Source: Lama glama (Eukaryota). Taken from it: DNA of 64,000 bases. Each line of letters starts with the position of its first letter. Position 1 is the first letter of the stretch. Below, in pieces: positions 1-12,303 of the stretch. The notes under the pieces are model-generated. The model worked only from the letters and a program-made list of their open reading frames with translations. It had not been told where the DNA came from and made no database searches. Location of the stretch: contig CM052816.1 in assembly GCA_028534125.1 (NCBI GenBank), positions 76,200,001 to 76,264,000 of the forward strand, given 5' to 3'. A program made the translations under genes and the position numbers.

Positions 1-1780
1 AGGAAACCACTTTCCTTTGCTCGTCCATAAGGAGCAACTGTTTATTCGTTAAACTTTCATCATGTGATTGCAGCAATTCAGTCACATCTTCAAGCTCTAC
101 TTCTAATTCTAGTTCTCTTGCTGTTTCCACTGCAGTGACTCCTCTACTGAAGTCTTGAACCCCTCAAAGTCATCTGTGAGGGTTGGAATCAACGTCTTCC
201 AAACACCTGTTAATGTTGATATTTTGACCTCTTCCCATGAATCACAAATGTTCTTAATGGCATCTAGAATGGTGAATCAATTGGTTTTCAATTGACTTTT
301 TCCAGATCCATCAAGAAATCACTATCCATGGCAGCTATAGCCTTACAAAATGTATTTCTTAAATAGTAAGACTTGAAAGTCGAAGTTACTCCTTGATCCA
401 TGGATTGCAGAATGGACGTTGCGTTAGCAGCATGAATCAACATGAATGTCATTGTACATCTCTGTCAGAGCTCTTGCGTGAGCAGGTGTATTGTCAGGGA
501 GTGGTACTATTTTGAAAGGAATTTTTTTTCTGAGCACTAGAACAGTGGGCTTAAAATATTCAGTAAACCAGGTTGTCAAGAGATGTGCTGCAATCCAGGA
601 GCTGTGGTTCCATTTACAGAGCACAGGCAAGGTAGATTCAGCATAATTCTTAAAGGCCATAGGCTTTCTAGGATTGTAAATGAGCATTGGCTTCAACTTA
701 AAATCACTGGCTGCATTAGCCCCTAACAAGAGAGTCAGCCTGTCTTTTGAAGCTTTGAATCTAGTCATTGACTTCTTTTCTCTAGCTATGAAAGTCCTAG
801 AGGACATCTTCTTCCAGTATAAGGCTGTTTCATCTACACTGCAAACTGTTGTTTAATGTAGCCACCTTCATAAATGATCATAGCTAGATCTTCTGGAAAA
901 CTTGCAGCAGCTTCTTCATCAGCCCTTGCTGCTTCACCTTGAACTTTAATGTTATGATGTCTCTTTAATTAAATCTCAAACCAACTTCTGCTAACTTCAA
1001 ACTTTTCTTCTGCAGCTTCCTCACTTCTCTCAGTCTTCAAAGAATTGAAGAGAGTTAGGGCCTTGAGCTGAATTAGGCATTGGCTTAAGGGAAAGTTGTG
1101 GCTGGTTTGATCTTTAATCCATACCACTGAAACTTTTTTCCATCTCAGTTATAAGGCTGTTTCACTTTCTTATTATTTGTGTGTTCCCTAGACTAGCACT
1201 TTTAATTTCCTTTAAGAACTTGAACTTTGGTGCAAGAGAGCTAGCTCTTGGCCTATTTCAGCTTTTGACATGCCTTCCTCACTAAGCTTCATTATCTAGC
1301 TTTTGGTTTAAAGTATTTCTAGCTGTGACTCTTCCTTTCATTTGAATACTTAGAGGACATTGTAGGGTTGTTAACTAGACTAATTTTAATATTTTTGTGT
1401 CACAGGAAGTAGGGAGGCCCAAGAAGAGAGTGAGAGATGGGGGAACAGCTAGTCAGTGGAGAAGTCAGAACACACACAACGTTTGTCAATTAAGTTTGCT
1501 GTCTTATATGGATATGGTTCATAGTCCTCCCCCAAATTACAGTAGCAACATCAAAGATGTCACTGACCACAGATCACTGTAACAAATCTAATAAAAATGA
1601 AAAGTTTGAAATATTGCAATAATTATGTAACATAGAGACATGAAGTGAAAAAATGCTGTTGGAAAATGGTGCTGATAGACTTGCTTAATGCAGTGTTGCC
1701 ACAGACCATCAATTTATTAAAAAAAACGCAACACCCGCAAAACACAATAAAGTGAAGCACGGTAAAATGAATTATTTCTG
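1..1780 (-). mobile_element. Tigger1 (TcMar-Tigger/pogo) DNA transposon, decayed; continues off the left edge of the window
   Basis: The minus-strand translation at 424-807 matches the Tigger1/TIGD1-type transposase (SRTFIARE..FKASKDRLTLLLGANAA.DFKLKPMLIY..WFTEYFKPTV). The segment 1560-1780 matches the reverse complement of the Tigger1 5' end, finishing ...ATTTCTG followed by a TA target dinucleotide at 1781-1782. Confidence 0.95.
424..807 (-). pseudogene. Tigger1 DDE transposase remnant (open fragment of a disrupted ORF)
   Basis: 127-aa ORF with pogo/Tigger DDE_1-region motifs. It is far shorter than a full transposase and drifts out of frame at its C-terminal end. Confidence 0.9.
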
Positions 1781-2684
1781 TAGTCATTGTCATAGAGTGT
1801 CCATCATTCATCCATAAAATCAAGATTCCTTAAGCCATTTAATCCCTAACATACTAATGTCCTTATTTTTTAACCATCTGGTAATGTTTTTTCCTGGTTT
1901 TTGCTTCACTAGTTTTTTATATTAGCATTCTGGTACATGAGATTTCACCTAATAAGAAGAAAAGGTATTTAATTCATACTTTTAAAGAGCCTACTCTAGC
2001 ATCTTTTCCCTAAAAGATGAATGCACAAGTAGGTAGGTGGACAAAGTGGAAAATCAAAAGATTTTTTTTTCCGTGAAAAAGTAGCAGCTATTTCCATATC
2101 CTGTGAGAACTCTGATCTCTTTTATACTCTAGGCAGAGAAAAATCCTATCTTCCCCTCACGTGGCCATAAAATGTATGCTACCAGTAGCAGCAATCTTGT
2201 TGTTAATCTTTTTTCCCCCCATGTATGAATAGATTTATCTTTAAAGATTGCTTTAGCTTTCAATGTTTGGTTTGAGTTCAGTTTTCTCTAAAATTGAAAA
2301 TAAAGTGCTGCCTCTTTTTTTCCAGCAATATAAGGGTGGAAATAAGTATTTTAATCAAATTGTCAGGATGTTGTTTTGCCTCCACATTACTGGCCAAGCC
2401 AACTGATTAAGCATGCTTGGGTGTATTTCCTGAAGTGGAACCAATTTTGCTATTTTGGAAATTAAGTCAGGGGTCTTAGAATTATTTTATGTTAAAGTAA
2501 CAGAACCTGTACCTATTTTCCAAAGTATTGATTTTGATGCTTGGAAAGACTGCAATCTTCCCATACCATTAAAACACTCACAAAATGTGAAAATATTTGT
2601 GAATCACATGTACTTACTAGAGATAGCATGTCCATTTATTGAGAGATTTTTGGGAAAAAAAACAAAAGTCTTATTTAAATATTT

Positions 2685-2875
2685 GATGATTAAATAGCTG
2701 ATAAATAGTTGATGATATCTGATGATTTAACAGTTGATGAGTTAAATAGTTTAAATAGTTAAATAGTTGATGATAAATAGTTGATAGTTAAATCTTTGAT
2801 GACAGTCAGATAGTTGATTTCAGTAGTTAAATGGTTGATTAAGTAGTTGATTAAATAGTTAAACAGTTGATGAAA
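2685..2875. repeat. Degenerate AT-rich minisatellite built from TAAATAGTT(GAT) units
   Basis: More than ten imperfect TAAATAGTT / AGTTGAT / GATGA units are visible in tandem. Confidence 0.8.
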
Positions 2876-3424
2876 CTTGTTTTAGTAATAGCTTTCTATC
2901 ATTTTAATACTGAAGTAATAGAACATCCGACCCAGTTGGATGCTTCCTGATGCATCACCAAGAATTACTTGCCCTACCTTAGCACTGTTGCTTATAGTAA
3001 CAGTGTGGCTCCCGAGACCTCTGTCCTTCATTAACTCCTCTCTGTGCGGTCATTTCCAGCGCTGGGTATTCTCTACTCACTGCCTCCATCTCCTGCCTGT
3101 GCTACTGGTTTGCTCTCCTTGACTGAGCCTTGCATTGGCCCCTGATCCTAAGTTCTAGTTTCCCTTGTTCTCTAGTCTGTAACAAGAGCCACACCCTGAA
3201 GCCCAGCCCCACAGCCAGGCACTTTACTACTCTGCCTTGTTTCTGCTATTTTTCCTTCTCAAAAATGTCATCCTGGTAATTGGGATCCTGGACTACAAGG
3301 ACAGTCTTTCTGTGTAATATTTATCTGACCCTCAAGACTCATATCCTCTATCATGGTACCTTGTCTATCCAGTTATCAACTGAGGTGCCAAAAGTTGGTG
3401 TAATTGTGGCTAGAACTCTGGTAA

Positions 3425-3790
3425 GCAAGTGGCTGCCTCTCCCAGATCCCCCTCTAAGAAAGGACCTGCTACCCAGCTGCAGGGAGCATGGTTGGCAGCC
3501 TGCTCAGCCTCAGCTCTGCAGAGCTGGTCCATCCAAAGTTACGCCCTTTTTGGATCACTCTCTGTGCAGTGAGGAGGGGATGTAACCATCTGACCATTTT
3601 GGCCTGATAATGGGGTAACTCTGATGAGCAACATTTGCTCCTGGGTCCCCATGTGGTTGTCTGAAGATTGTAGGGTCTGCGTGACAACTGAACTTCTCTT
3701 CTGCCCTTCTTGCTTCCTCCTCCTTCTTCTCACAGGCCTTGATTCCCAGTAAATGTCTTGCACCTTAAACATTTCAGCATCTGCTACCAT
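3425..3790 (+). mobile_element. LTR16-like ERVL solo LTR
   Basis: Contains cccagatccccct, cccagctgc.gggag, aagttacgccc and aacttctc.tctgccc...tgcttcct...ctcacagg in the same order as the recalled LTR16 consensus. Confidence 0.7.
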
Positions 3791-5029
3791 AGTACTTGAC
3801 CTCAAAAGCCCTTCAAATTATCCATTCTCTTCTGTGTCCTTCTCTCTCCTTTGAGTTGCCTCAGGCTCACTGTTAAGCCTCATTTCAGTCTTCACAGCGG
3901 ACAGCTTCTGACCCTGAAGAGTGTACTATTGAGCCAGAAAGGCAGTGTAAACATACTGGAGACTTGGGATGTCAAGCCCAGTGTGTCATTCTCACTGGAA
4001 GAATTGGGCCTGTGGTGAGTAAGACCATGGTGCCCCAGGCCCCTAAGTGATGACAACAGAGGGCCTGAAAACAGATAGGGGTGGAAGCACCCAGAGCCTT
4101 GGTGAAGGACTCACCTTGAGGAAAGGTGAAGCACAGTCTGGAAGGAGACACCAGCATGGCATACATGTGACAGGATGGTATGTGAAGTAGCACTAGGTAT
4201 GTAGCCTGCTCCCAGAATTCCCTCAACACCTCCGTATTGTGTACTTTTGCCAGGAGTTGTGATACTGGACATGCCACAGAGGAAGAGTCATTGAAGAAGA
4301 GAAGAAAAGCTTCAGATGTCCTGGGTTTTAACCACAAAAGCATTGTTCCAGGTGTAAGGAAGGAAGGGTTAGGAGAATATTTGATCAAGCAGAGTTGTTC
4401 ACATATTCTGCCTCTCTGACTCTCTCCAACTCCCTACACGAAAATCTATGAGCTTGGAAGGAGGAGAAGGAGAACCCGAGTGAAGGCAGGTGCCCTTTTC
4501 TTCTTGCACCTGAGTTTTCTAGTGGGGGCTGGAGGTCAAATATCAACCTTTAAATGTAGGGACCTACGAGTAGAGGAGATAGGTGTAGTACTCTCCTGAG
4601 TATAGTTCTGGAAGAGATGTGGTATTTGCTCTTTGCCACAAGGATACAGAGGCTGTAGGCTGAACAAAGAGAGAGAAGGCTGGATGATAGCCTCAAGGTT
4701 CCCACAGAAGCTGGCAGAGGGAGTTACCTATCATCTTGTATTTATTTTTCTTTTTTAACTTGGAAGCATAGCCCTGATAGTTGAAGTCCTGAAACCACAG
4801 ACAGATGTCTTACAACAACTGTCTTAAAAATCTGAATCCTGAGACTGGTATGTTGCCTTCTCAGCTAGAAATAAATGTGAACATCCCATGTTGCTTGGAC
4901 TATGGCTGGATCTCCTAAGCCCTTCAAACGCTGGAATTGGCCCATTCTCCCCAGTCTTGGATGGCAGTCTTAGCAAAAATTGTGAATGAATGTGCCAGCA
5001 GATACCACCCGGAGGAGTGCCTTCTCTCT

Positions 5030-5170
5030 AGAGCTGTATTATCCAATATTTTAGCCATTTGAAATGTGGTGAGTTTGAATTGAGATATGCTGTATGTGTG
5101 AAATATACATCAGAATTCAAAGGCTTGTAAGTCTTTTCTAATATGCCTCCTGGAAAATTTAAAATTACAA
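5030..5170 (-). mobile_element. MER33/MER3-like hAT-Charlie MITE, internally deleted
   Basis: ttgaaatgtgg...gaattgagatatgctgta.gtgtgaaatataca...gaaaatttaaaattaca matches the reverse of the recalled MER33 consensus. Confidence 0.65.
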
Positions 5171-7059
5171 CTACTCTTCAGTTACTGAGTTTACTTGGAA
5201 AATTCTAGAGAAACACTTTTGCTTTTAGGTAAAAATTGATTTATAAGATAGAAAAGAACAATAAGGAAGGTCACATTTCTGCTGATCTGAGTTTATGGCT
5301 CATGACAAACATATCCCGTAACTAGTAGTCACAAGAATAGTGCTAAAGGTGGGCCATGAGACAGAGCAGAGCCAGAGTCTGATGTGTTAAACATGAGAAC
5401 AGACAATGACACAGACATAAGGGTTCGGGAAACAATGAATGTGATATGAAGGAAATGAGGCTGGACCTACCGGGGTCAAGTGCAAGTACACATCCAGGAT
5501 TCAGAGTCTGGCAAGCAGAGTGGTCCTAGTCCATTTCATTTGAGGCATCAGCTGACACTGTCATATTTTGCATAGCTGGCCACTGCCAGCTATCCCATTT
5601 ACATTTAAAGGGCCTCTTGGGGCCCTTTAATTAAAATCCACTATAGTATAAACTCTACAACTCTAAGGGGCTCTGAGAAGACCCAGGGGAGGAGTGCTGG
5701 GTAGAGATGGAGGTTGGTGGTGAAAAGAGGGCATCTGATTTACCCTGGCAACATTTCAGACCAAAAGAACGACAAAACCGCCCCTAGGCTGTTAGGCTAC
5801 AGAATCACAGAAGTTGGCTTAATCTCTGCAGCCTTGACTAAATACTCAAATTAAATCAGTGAGAACTGAGCCCAGCAGGAAGTCTTCTTCAATCTCATTT
5901 GGGTCAGTCAGTCATGGCTATTGAGACCTAAAGGGCATAATTTGAGTGTCATGTATACAGGCACAGTACTGGTAAGGTGAATGTGCAGGTGTCCCATGGG
6001 AACAGAGACCTGAACACTTGGTTAGTGGCAGGTTTCCGAGACTCTAAATGGGTTTGTCAGCAGAATCCATGTGCCTTGGCAGAGTAACATTAGCAGTGTT
6101 TCAAGCCCCAGTCTTATGTTTAAATAAGATACAAGGGAGCTTTCAAACCTTTTAAAGGATGAGAAGATGGGAACTAAATTAAAATGAGCCATCTGGTGAC
6201 AGCTGGTGTTATTTTAGTTTCAGAACATTTCCAATGGTAGGGTTTACTTACTGGTAGAGTTTAAAATGGTTAAGGTGGCAGGATTCCCTCGAATGTTTAT
6301 TTACATGGTTTAGGTTGCTCTGCATTTTTATTCCCCATCTAGGCCTAGGTCTGCATTTGGAGCAGTAACATTGGCACTAGTTCAGGCCAGAGCTGTATAC
6401 TGAACCCTGTGATAAGTGATGTCTCATTAATACAACTTAAAAACATTCTGCTCTGAAGATTTGAAATGGATGTTTTCCTGGAAATAAATGCATGTGCTTA
6501 TAGTAAATCCATTAGAGAGATGGGTAATTTGACCACAGGTATTGCATGCTGTAAATACTAATACTCTGTTTTGGTTATTAGATGAAAAAAGAAGGTAAAA
6601 TATTGAGATGCGAAAATCACATTAATCATTGGGGAATTTGGTTAAAAATTTATTCTTTGGGACTTCAAGCTGGAAAATGAGGGAAGAGGCAGAAATGATA
6701 CCTGTGTCAGAAAAGAATTAAGCCTGGTTAATGGCTAAGAGACAAATATGTTTCTATATTTGAAATTAGTCATAGTCAAATAATTTTACACCTAGAGGAG
6801 TCCCTTGTGATGGTTTTACTCAACTCTTGTCTTGCAGGTCAAAACAGCAAGTGCTTGGCTCTGTGTCCTAGTGGCCGGATTAGAACCAGCCTCCCCTACT
6901 CAGCCTGATGCTCTTTCTCCTGTACCACAGACATTCCCTGAGTTTCCTATTCTTCTTTGTTTCTGAACGATTAATTTTTCAAATAATAAACATGGGTTCT
7001 AGTTACAGAAAGTTTAAGGCATCCCAGGAACTGAAAACACTAAGCATATTCTTATCTCC

Positions 7060-7140
7060 ATTGTGCTGACAAGGTTTCAGGCGCTGAGATGTTCAGTTAC
7101 CTGCCCAAGGTCACACAGATAGGAAGGTGTGCACAGCAAG
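7060..7140 (-). mobile_element. MIR SINE fragment
   Basis: Core motif ...gttacctgcccaaggtcacacag. Confidence 0.6.
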
Positions 7141-8619
7141 GGTTTCAATGCGTTGGTGTCAGCCTGGCTTTAGAGACCAAGGGTCCAACTTTGTAAAGTG
7201 TGCAAAATGTAATTGAATCCAGCAAGAAGAAGGGCATGAAAATGACTAATAGCTTTAAGTGCATAATTTTTTTAATGAAAAAGTGCTACATCCTAGTATT
7301 TCACAGGGGAAGTAGTATCATGTGATAAATAAAATGCAAAGAATGGATTCTGTTATGACTTAACAGCTCTGGAGTTGTTAGACTTTTATTAGGAGTATGT
7401 TACCATATTATTTAGACTCTGTCACTTTGTTTGAATCAAATTGGGGTGGTAAAAGCATCCTGTATCTTTTGGGCAGGGAAGTACTCATAATTTTTTTTCA
7501 GTACAAACTATACTGAATCAAGTAAGAGCTGTAATTTTTATACTTCAGAACTAAATAGATATAGAGTAGCCAAGCAAATCTTTAAAATAAGGTTCAGGAT
7601 AGAATGAAGAACAGCTTATTTGAAAGGAAAAAAATATCACAAAGGAATAAGTACATTATTTTTAGCCTAATTATATAATGCAGTATAAAGTATACTTCAT
7701 TTTTTGGTCTTCTTAATGTCATAGTGATTTTTAACTTTAATAGTCATTTTCTTCACCCCCAAATTCTTCTTGGGAACAAGATACATGGAAAATTTTTGTA
7801 GATAAATGAGGCATGTGAGAAATGATTTTCCAAAGATCAAACTTGGATGTATCATTGGAGACAGGAAATGTGTTCAACATATCCAAGTAATGCAGAAAAC
7901 CTAGGGCGCCAAAGCATCTAGGTCTCTTAATTCTTTATGATGACATAAAAGCTGAAAGACAGGAGAATCGTGTAGAGCACAGGGCCATTAGCCATACAGC
8001 AAACAGAGGCCTTTTTCAACTGTTATTAAAGTGGAATGACAAGCTGCTTAGTTTTAGGGTTATAGTCACAGTGCTGTTTGTTTACTTACTTTATTATCAT
8101 GGTTGTTTTGTTCATGTTGTTTATTTTGCAATTCTTATTTATATATTTCCAGAGTATTCTCTTCTAAATATAGAATCAGGCAAGATTCCAGTGTAGCTAA
8201 AAGGAAAAGCCAAAAAAGTGTATTGTTACATTATCACATTATCATTGAAGCATCATCACCTGTACCTCTTACTGACTTTGAGTGCCTGTTTTTCCCTTTA
8301 TTGTATCATCTTGAAGCCTGAGTGACAATGAGTTACTCAAAATGCAAGAATGCAAGAGCAGCAATGATTCTGAGAGTAGATAATGGTTGTGTGTGTGGGG
8401 TAGATAAATTGTGGTAATCAAAAGAGAGGAAGAAAACAGGGCAGTTTGGGCACCATATCAGTGAAGGCGCAGTAAAGGAAATAGAAAGGGAGCTAAGTAT
8501 TTCCAAACGGGGAAACTTTGTATAGGAACTTTCTAACAAAGTTCTGAAAGGGCTAGTGGAATAAAAGTGAAAAGGAGGAGCAAAAAAGAAGAAGGGATGA
8601 TACCCTGAGATGAAGAAAC

Positions 8620-8950
8620 AACTAATACCATTAGGCTGGAGCTTCTCGGGCTGTTCCTGCTGCTGCATTAGTGGAGATGCTGCAAAAACAGGAAATGTTG
8701 TCAGTGCTGGGGATACATCACCCAGCATGACTGCTGCTGAGTAGCCTCTATCTACTATCATTGTTGTCAGTTCCAGAAACTGGAAGCTTCTCTCTTCTCA
8801 CCTTCTGTTCTCCTACCAGTGCTTCCCATTAGCAAGACCTTCCCATTAGCAGGAAACCAGATAAAAAGGATTCTGGGAAATGCAGTTTCAGTCTTTCAGC
8901 TTCAGCTATACAGGTCAGAGGATAGAAGGATAGGTGAGCAGCTGTACTTG
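8620..8950. mobile_element. Ancient LTR fragment (MaLR/ERVL class)
   Basis: ccagtgcttcccattagc...ctgggaaatgcagtttc motifs typical of old MLT1/LTR33-class LTRs. Includes a duplication of cttcccattagca with a 17-bp period. Confidence 0.45.
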
Positions 8951-9127
8951 TGCCAGAAATAAACTGCAAAAATCATGATCTATTTTGAATGACTTGATTT
9001 TGAATGCAAAATATTCAGTATACAAAAGGTTCTGAGACATAATAACATAGGCATCACTTTTAAATTTTGTTTACATGTTTAGCCAAGGGCATTTTGATCT
9101 ATGGTCTATTGCAGGATTCTGCAACTT

Positions 9128-10105
9128 TCTTTTTTTTTAAATTAAGAAATATTTTATCATAGTTAACATCAATATTATATCAGTTTCACGTGTATGACAT
9201 AGTGATTCAACATTTATGTACATTACAAATTGATTGCTATTGTAAGTCTAGTATCCATTTGTCACAAAATGTATGCAGTATCATTGACCATAATCCCTAC
9301 AATGTACATCTCTTTGACTTTTTGTTTTATAATTGGGAAATTGTATCTCTTAATCTCTTTTACTTATTTCCCCCAGCCTCCAACCTCCCTCCCCTCTGGC
9401 AACCATCAGTTTGTTCTCTGTATGTATGAGTCTTTTTCTGTTTTGTTTTGTTGTTTGTGCATGTATCTTGTCTTTTAATTTTATATGTAAAGTGAAATCA
9501 TATGGTATTTGTTTTTCTCTGACTTATTTCACTTAGCATAGTATCCTCTAAGTCCATCCATGTTGTCATAAATGACAAGATTTTATTCATTTTCAATGCC
9601 TGAGTAATATAATATTCCTATATATATCTATATATGTATACATATATATCTCATCTTCTTTATTCAGTCATTTATCAGTGGACATGTTGGTTGCTTCCAT
9701 ATCCTGGCTATTTTAAATAATGCTGCAATGAACATGGGGGTGCATATATCTTTTCTAATTTACTGTTTTTATTTTTTTCAGATAAATACCTAGAATAGAA
9801 TTGCTGGGTTGTAAAGTAGTTCTATTTTGAATTTTTTGAGGACCTTCCATACTGTTTTCCACAATGGCTATGCCAATTTGAATCTCCACCAACAGTGCGT
9901 AAGTGTTTTGTTTTCTCTACTTCTTTGTCAGCATTAACTTTTTGTTATCTTTTTCATAACAGCCATTCTAATAGGCATGAAGTGGACTCATTGTGGTTTT
10001 GATTTTGCCTTTCTCTGATGATCAGGGATGTTGAGCATCTTTTCATGTGTCTATGGTCATCTATATGCTTTCCTTAAGAAATGTCTGTTTAGGTCCTCTG
10101 ATTGG
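9128..10105 (-). mobile_element. Old LINE-1 (L1MA-like) 3' end: poly(A) tail, 3'UTR and ORF2 C-terminus
   Basis: T-tract at about 9130, then tctggcaaccatcagtttgttctctg, ctgacttatttcacttagcata and cattgtggttttgatt...gatgttgagcatcttttcatgtg. Confidence 0.9.
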
Positions 10106-10450
10106 GCTACAGTTGCTGTAGGCACATTAGTGGGTTAGTTTGGTCCCCAGCTGTGACTGCTGTGGACATGCTGATATGTGGGGATGGCCCTCTAAGTGAC
10201 CAGCTGTCAGGCTGGTTGTAACTGCTTTTGCTGTACTGGTATGCAGGGCAGGTCCTCCAGAGTAGGATCCACCTTGAAGGCGCACTGGTGCCAGTTGGGG
10301 TGGCCCACTTGGTGGGGCATGCAGGACCCACTTTGCAGGTGCTGGTGCCTGCTGTGGCAGCCTGCCAAGTGAGGGACGGCAGAAACTGTTTTGAAGGAGC
10401 TGGGCAGGGCTGGTCCTCAGGGGAATCCTAGGGTGGGACACAGCAGTTTT
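10106..10450 (-). mobile_element. GC-rich L1M 5'UTR-like fragment abutting the L1 3' piece
   Basis: GC content rises abruptly. Repeated (gg)cgcactggtg / gtggg..gg / ggtcccc-type units resemble the antisense of old L1M 5'UTR repeats. Confidence 0.5.
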
Positions 10451-10613
10451 GCTTTTACAAAAAAAACCTATTACCTTATTAATAAAGGTCTTTTGTAGGA
10501 AAGGAGTAGCCTAATGAGAACTTTTGGAAAGTGATGATACTCTTCATTTTATGCCATTTTGGTTTACGACAGGTTTCATAGGAACAGTCTACTTTTGGAA
10601 AGCGGGACATCTG
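10450..10613. mobile_element. TcMar-Tigger MITE fragment (one terminus)
   Basis: gccattttggtttacgacaggtttcataggaac...tacttttggaaagcggg...CTG followed by TA, resembling a Tigger-type terminal inverted repeat. Confidence 0.55.
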
Positions 10614-11138
10614 TATTAAAAAGAACATTCCTTTTTCAATGTCCACTTGAAGTGCTTAGAGAAGACTTAGCACATAATGTCATCTTAGAAAACTATGTCA
10701 GGAAATTATAATACAAAAATGATAAATATAATACTAAAATACTGAATATTATAATACCAAACAAAAAATTCTCTTCCTTATGTACAATTGATTAGCCAAG
10801 GGTAGATAATGTTTGTAGCTCTAGTCCTTGTGAGTTGTGGTCTTTTATCAGTATAAACACTTAGACATACATATTTTTAATGTGTAATTTTTCTTGTGGA
10901 AAGTAAGGACAACGCACTGCCTTTTTTATACTGCTAGCAAAATTCTAGTGATTTCAAACTAGGGGAGGGAAATAGGAAGAACTTATTGTTGTAATATTAG
11001 TACCTATCCTTTCTTTATTCTTCCGAAGTGGTTAAGAGATACTTTAAACAAGGGCAACTGCTTGAGGCTGTAGCCCAGTAATAGTGGAAAGACTGAGTGA
11101 GTATTTTGTAATAATTTAGATTTCGTTATAAGATTTAA

Positions 11139-11538
11139 TGAGTTTATTTTTGTGTATGGTGTAAGGGAGTGTTCTAGCTTCACTGATTTACATGCTGCTG
11201 TCCAGTTTTCCCAACACCATTTGCTGAAGAGACTGTTTTTATTCCATTGTATATTCTTGCCTCCTTTGTCAAAGATTAGTTGACCAAAAGTTTGTGGGTT
11301 TGTTTCTGGGCTCTCTATTCTGTTCCATTGGTCCGTATGTCTGCTTTTTTACCAATACCATGCTCTTTTGATTACTGTAGCTCTGTAGTATTGTCTGAAG
11401 TTGGAGAGAGTTATTCCTCCAGCCTCTTTCTTTTTCTTCAGTAATGCTTTGGCAATTCTAGGTCTTTTGTGGTTCCATATAAATTTTATTATAATTTGTT
11501 CTGCTTCTGTGAAATATGTCCTGGGTAATTTGATAGGG
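11139..11538 (-). mobile_element. Internal LINE-1 ORF2 fragment (400 bp)
   Basis: Translates as [30 protein letters not shown]...GGITL...[25 protein letters not shown]...LIFDKG...[11 protein letters not shown]...LTPYTKINS, which is the post-RT region of ORF2p. It has one stop and no frameshift. Confidence 0.95.
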
Positions 11539-11765
11539 CTCCAGAGTATCAGTTCATGTTTCATTCGTATGGTAAAAGGTAAGTCACAGGTAGATAAAAA
11601 AGCTTTCTGCTCTTTATGCAATGAAGTCTACTAAGATAAAAATAATACATTTTCATAATACATTTTTAAGAATAATACAATGGAATGATTCTACTTGGTT
11701 CTAGTCTATTGAATGGAGAATATTCATAGTGCCAAGGTCACAGTCTTTAGACTAGGATATAATTC

Positions 11766-12303
11766 TGTTACCCCAAAAGGTAAACACCCTAGTTCTTGTC
11801 ATACCCGAAAGATAAGTTTACAGTCGTGAGATGGTGCCTTGTGTAGTGAAAGATTTTAAAAGATTTATTTAGAAAAGAAAAGTGCATCTCCAAGAACAGG
11901 AGGTGGCTGATCCAAGGGAGGAAAAGTGGCGGGTTTTGTCTCCCCTTTCTCTTATATCCTAGCTTAGAGGTGGTCTCTTGATTATTGATGGCTTGTGTAC
12001 CTGGAATGCTGAGTCATATTTGGCCCCTTTGTGCATGTCCTTACCCATGGTGTACCCAGCAAAACCCATAGTTGGGGGAGCAAACCTTAATATTAATTAT
12101 AATACAATGAACATTGAGTCATGTCTAGTTAAGTTCTTTCTGCTACCACGCAGTGTGGCTAGCAGGTTCTAACCGGTTTCTTGCTGGTACTCATTTAGAA
12201 GTAGTCTCTTTATGTTGGAGGCAGGCATAACGCCATCTTCAGTACCATCTTCACTCTCCTCCACCTATCTGCCTGGTTCCCCCATATGTCTAACTATCTA
12301 ACA
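11766..12303 (-). mobile_element. Solo ERV LTR (538 bp, ERV1-like) with 4-bp target-site duplication
   Basis: Begins TGTTA and ends TAACA (inverted termini), flanked by ATTC at 11762-11765 and 12304-12307. On the minus strand there is a TATAAG at about 11951-11956 followed by AATAAA at 11864-11869. Confidence 0.85.

Noticed and set aside
424..807. Possible domesticated TIGD1-like gene
   Set aside because: It sits in a decayed Tigger1 copy with a transposon terminus, and only a short fragment is open.
2685..2875. CRISPR-like repeat-spacer array
   Set aside because: No constant repeat with unique spacers, no cas genes, and the DNA is clearly mammalian.
8333..8761. 142-aa minus-strand ORF
   Set aside because: It is the antisense of purine-rich repeat-derived sequence, has F/S/P-rich composition and shows no homology I can recognise.
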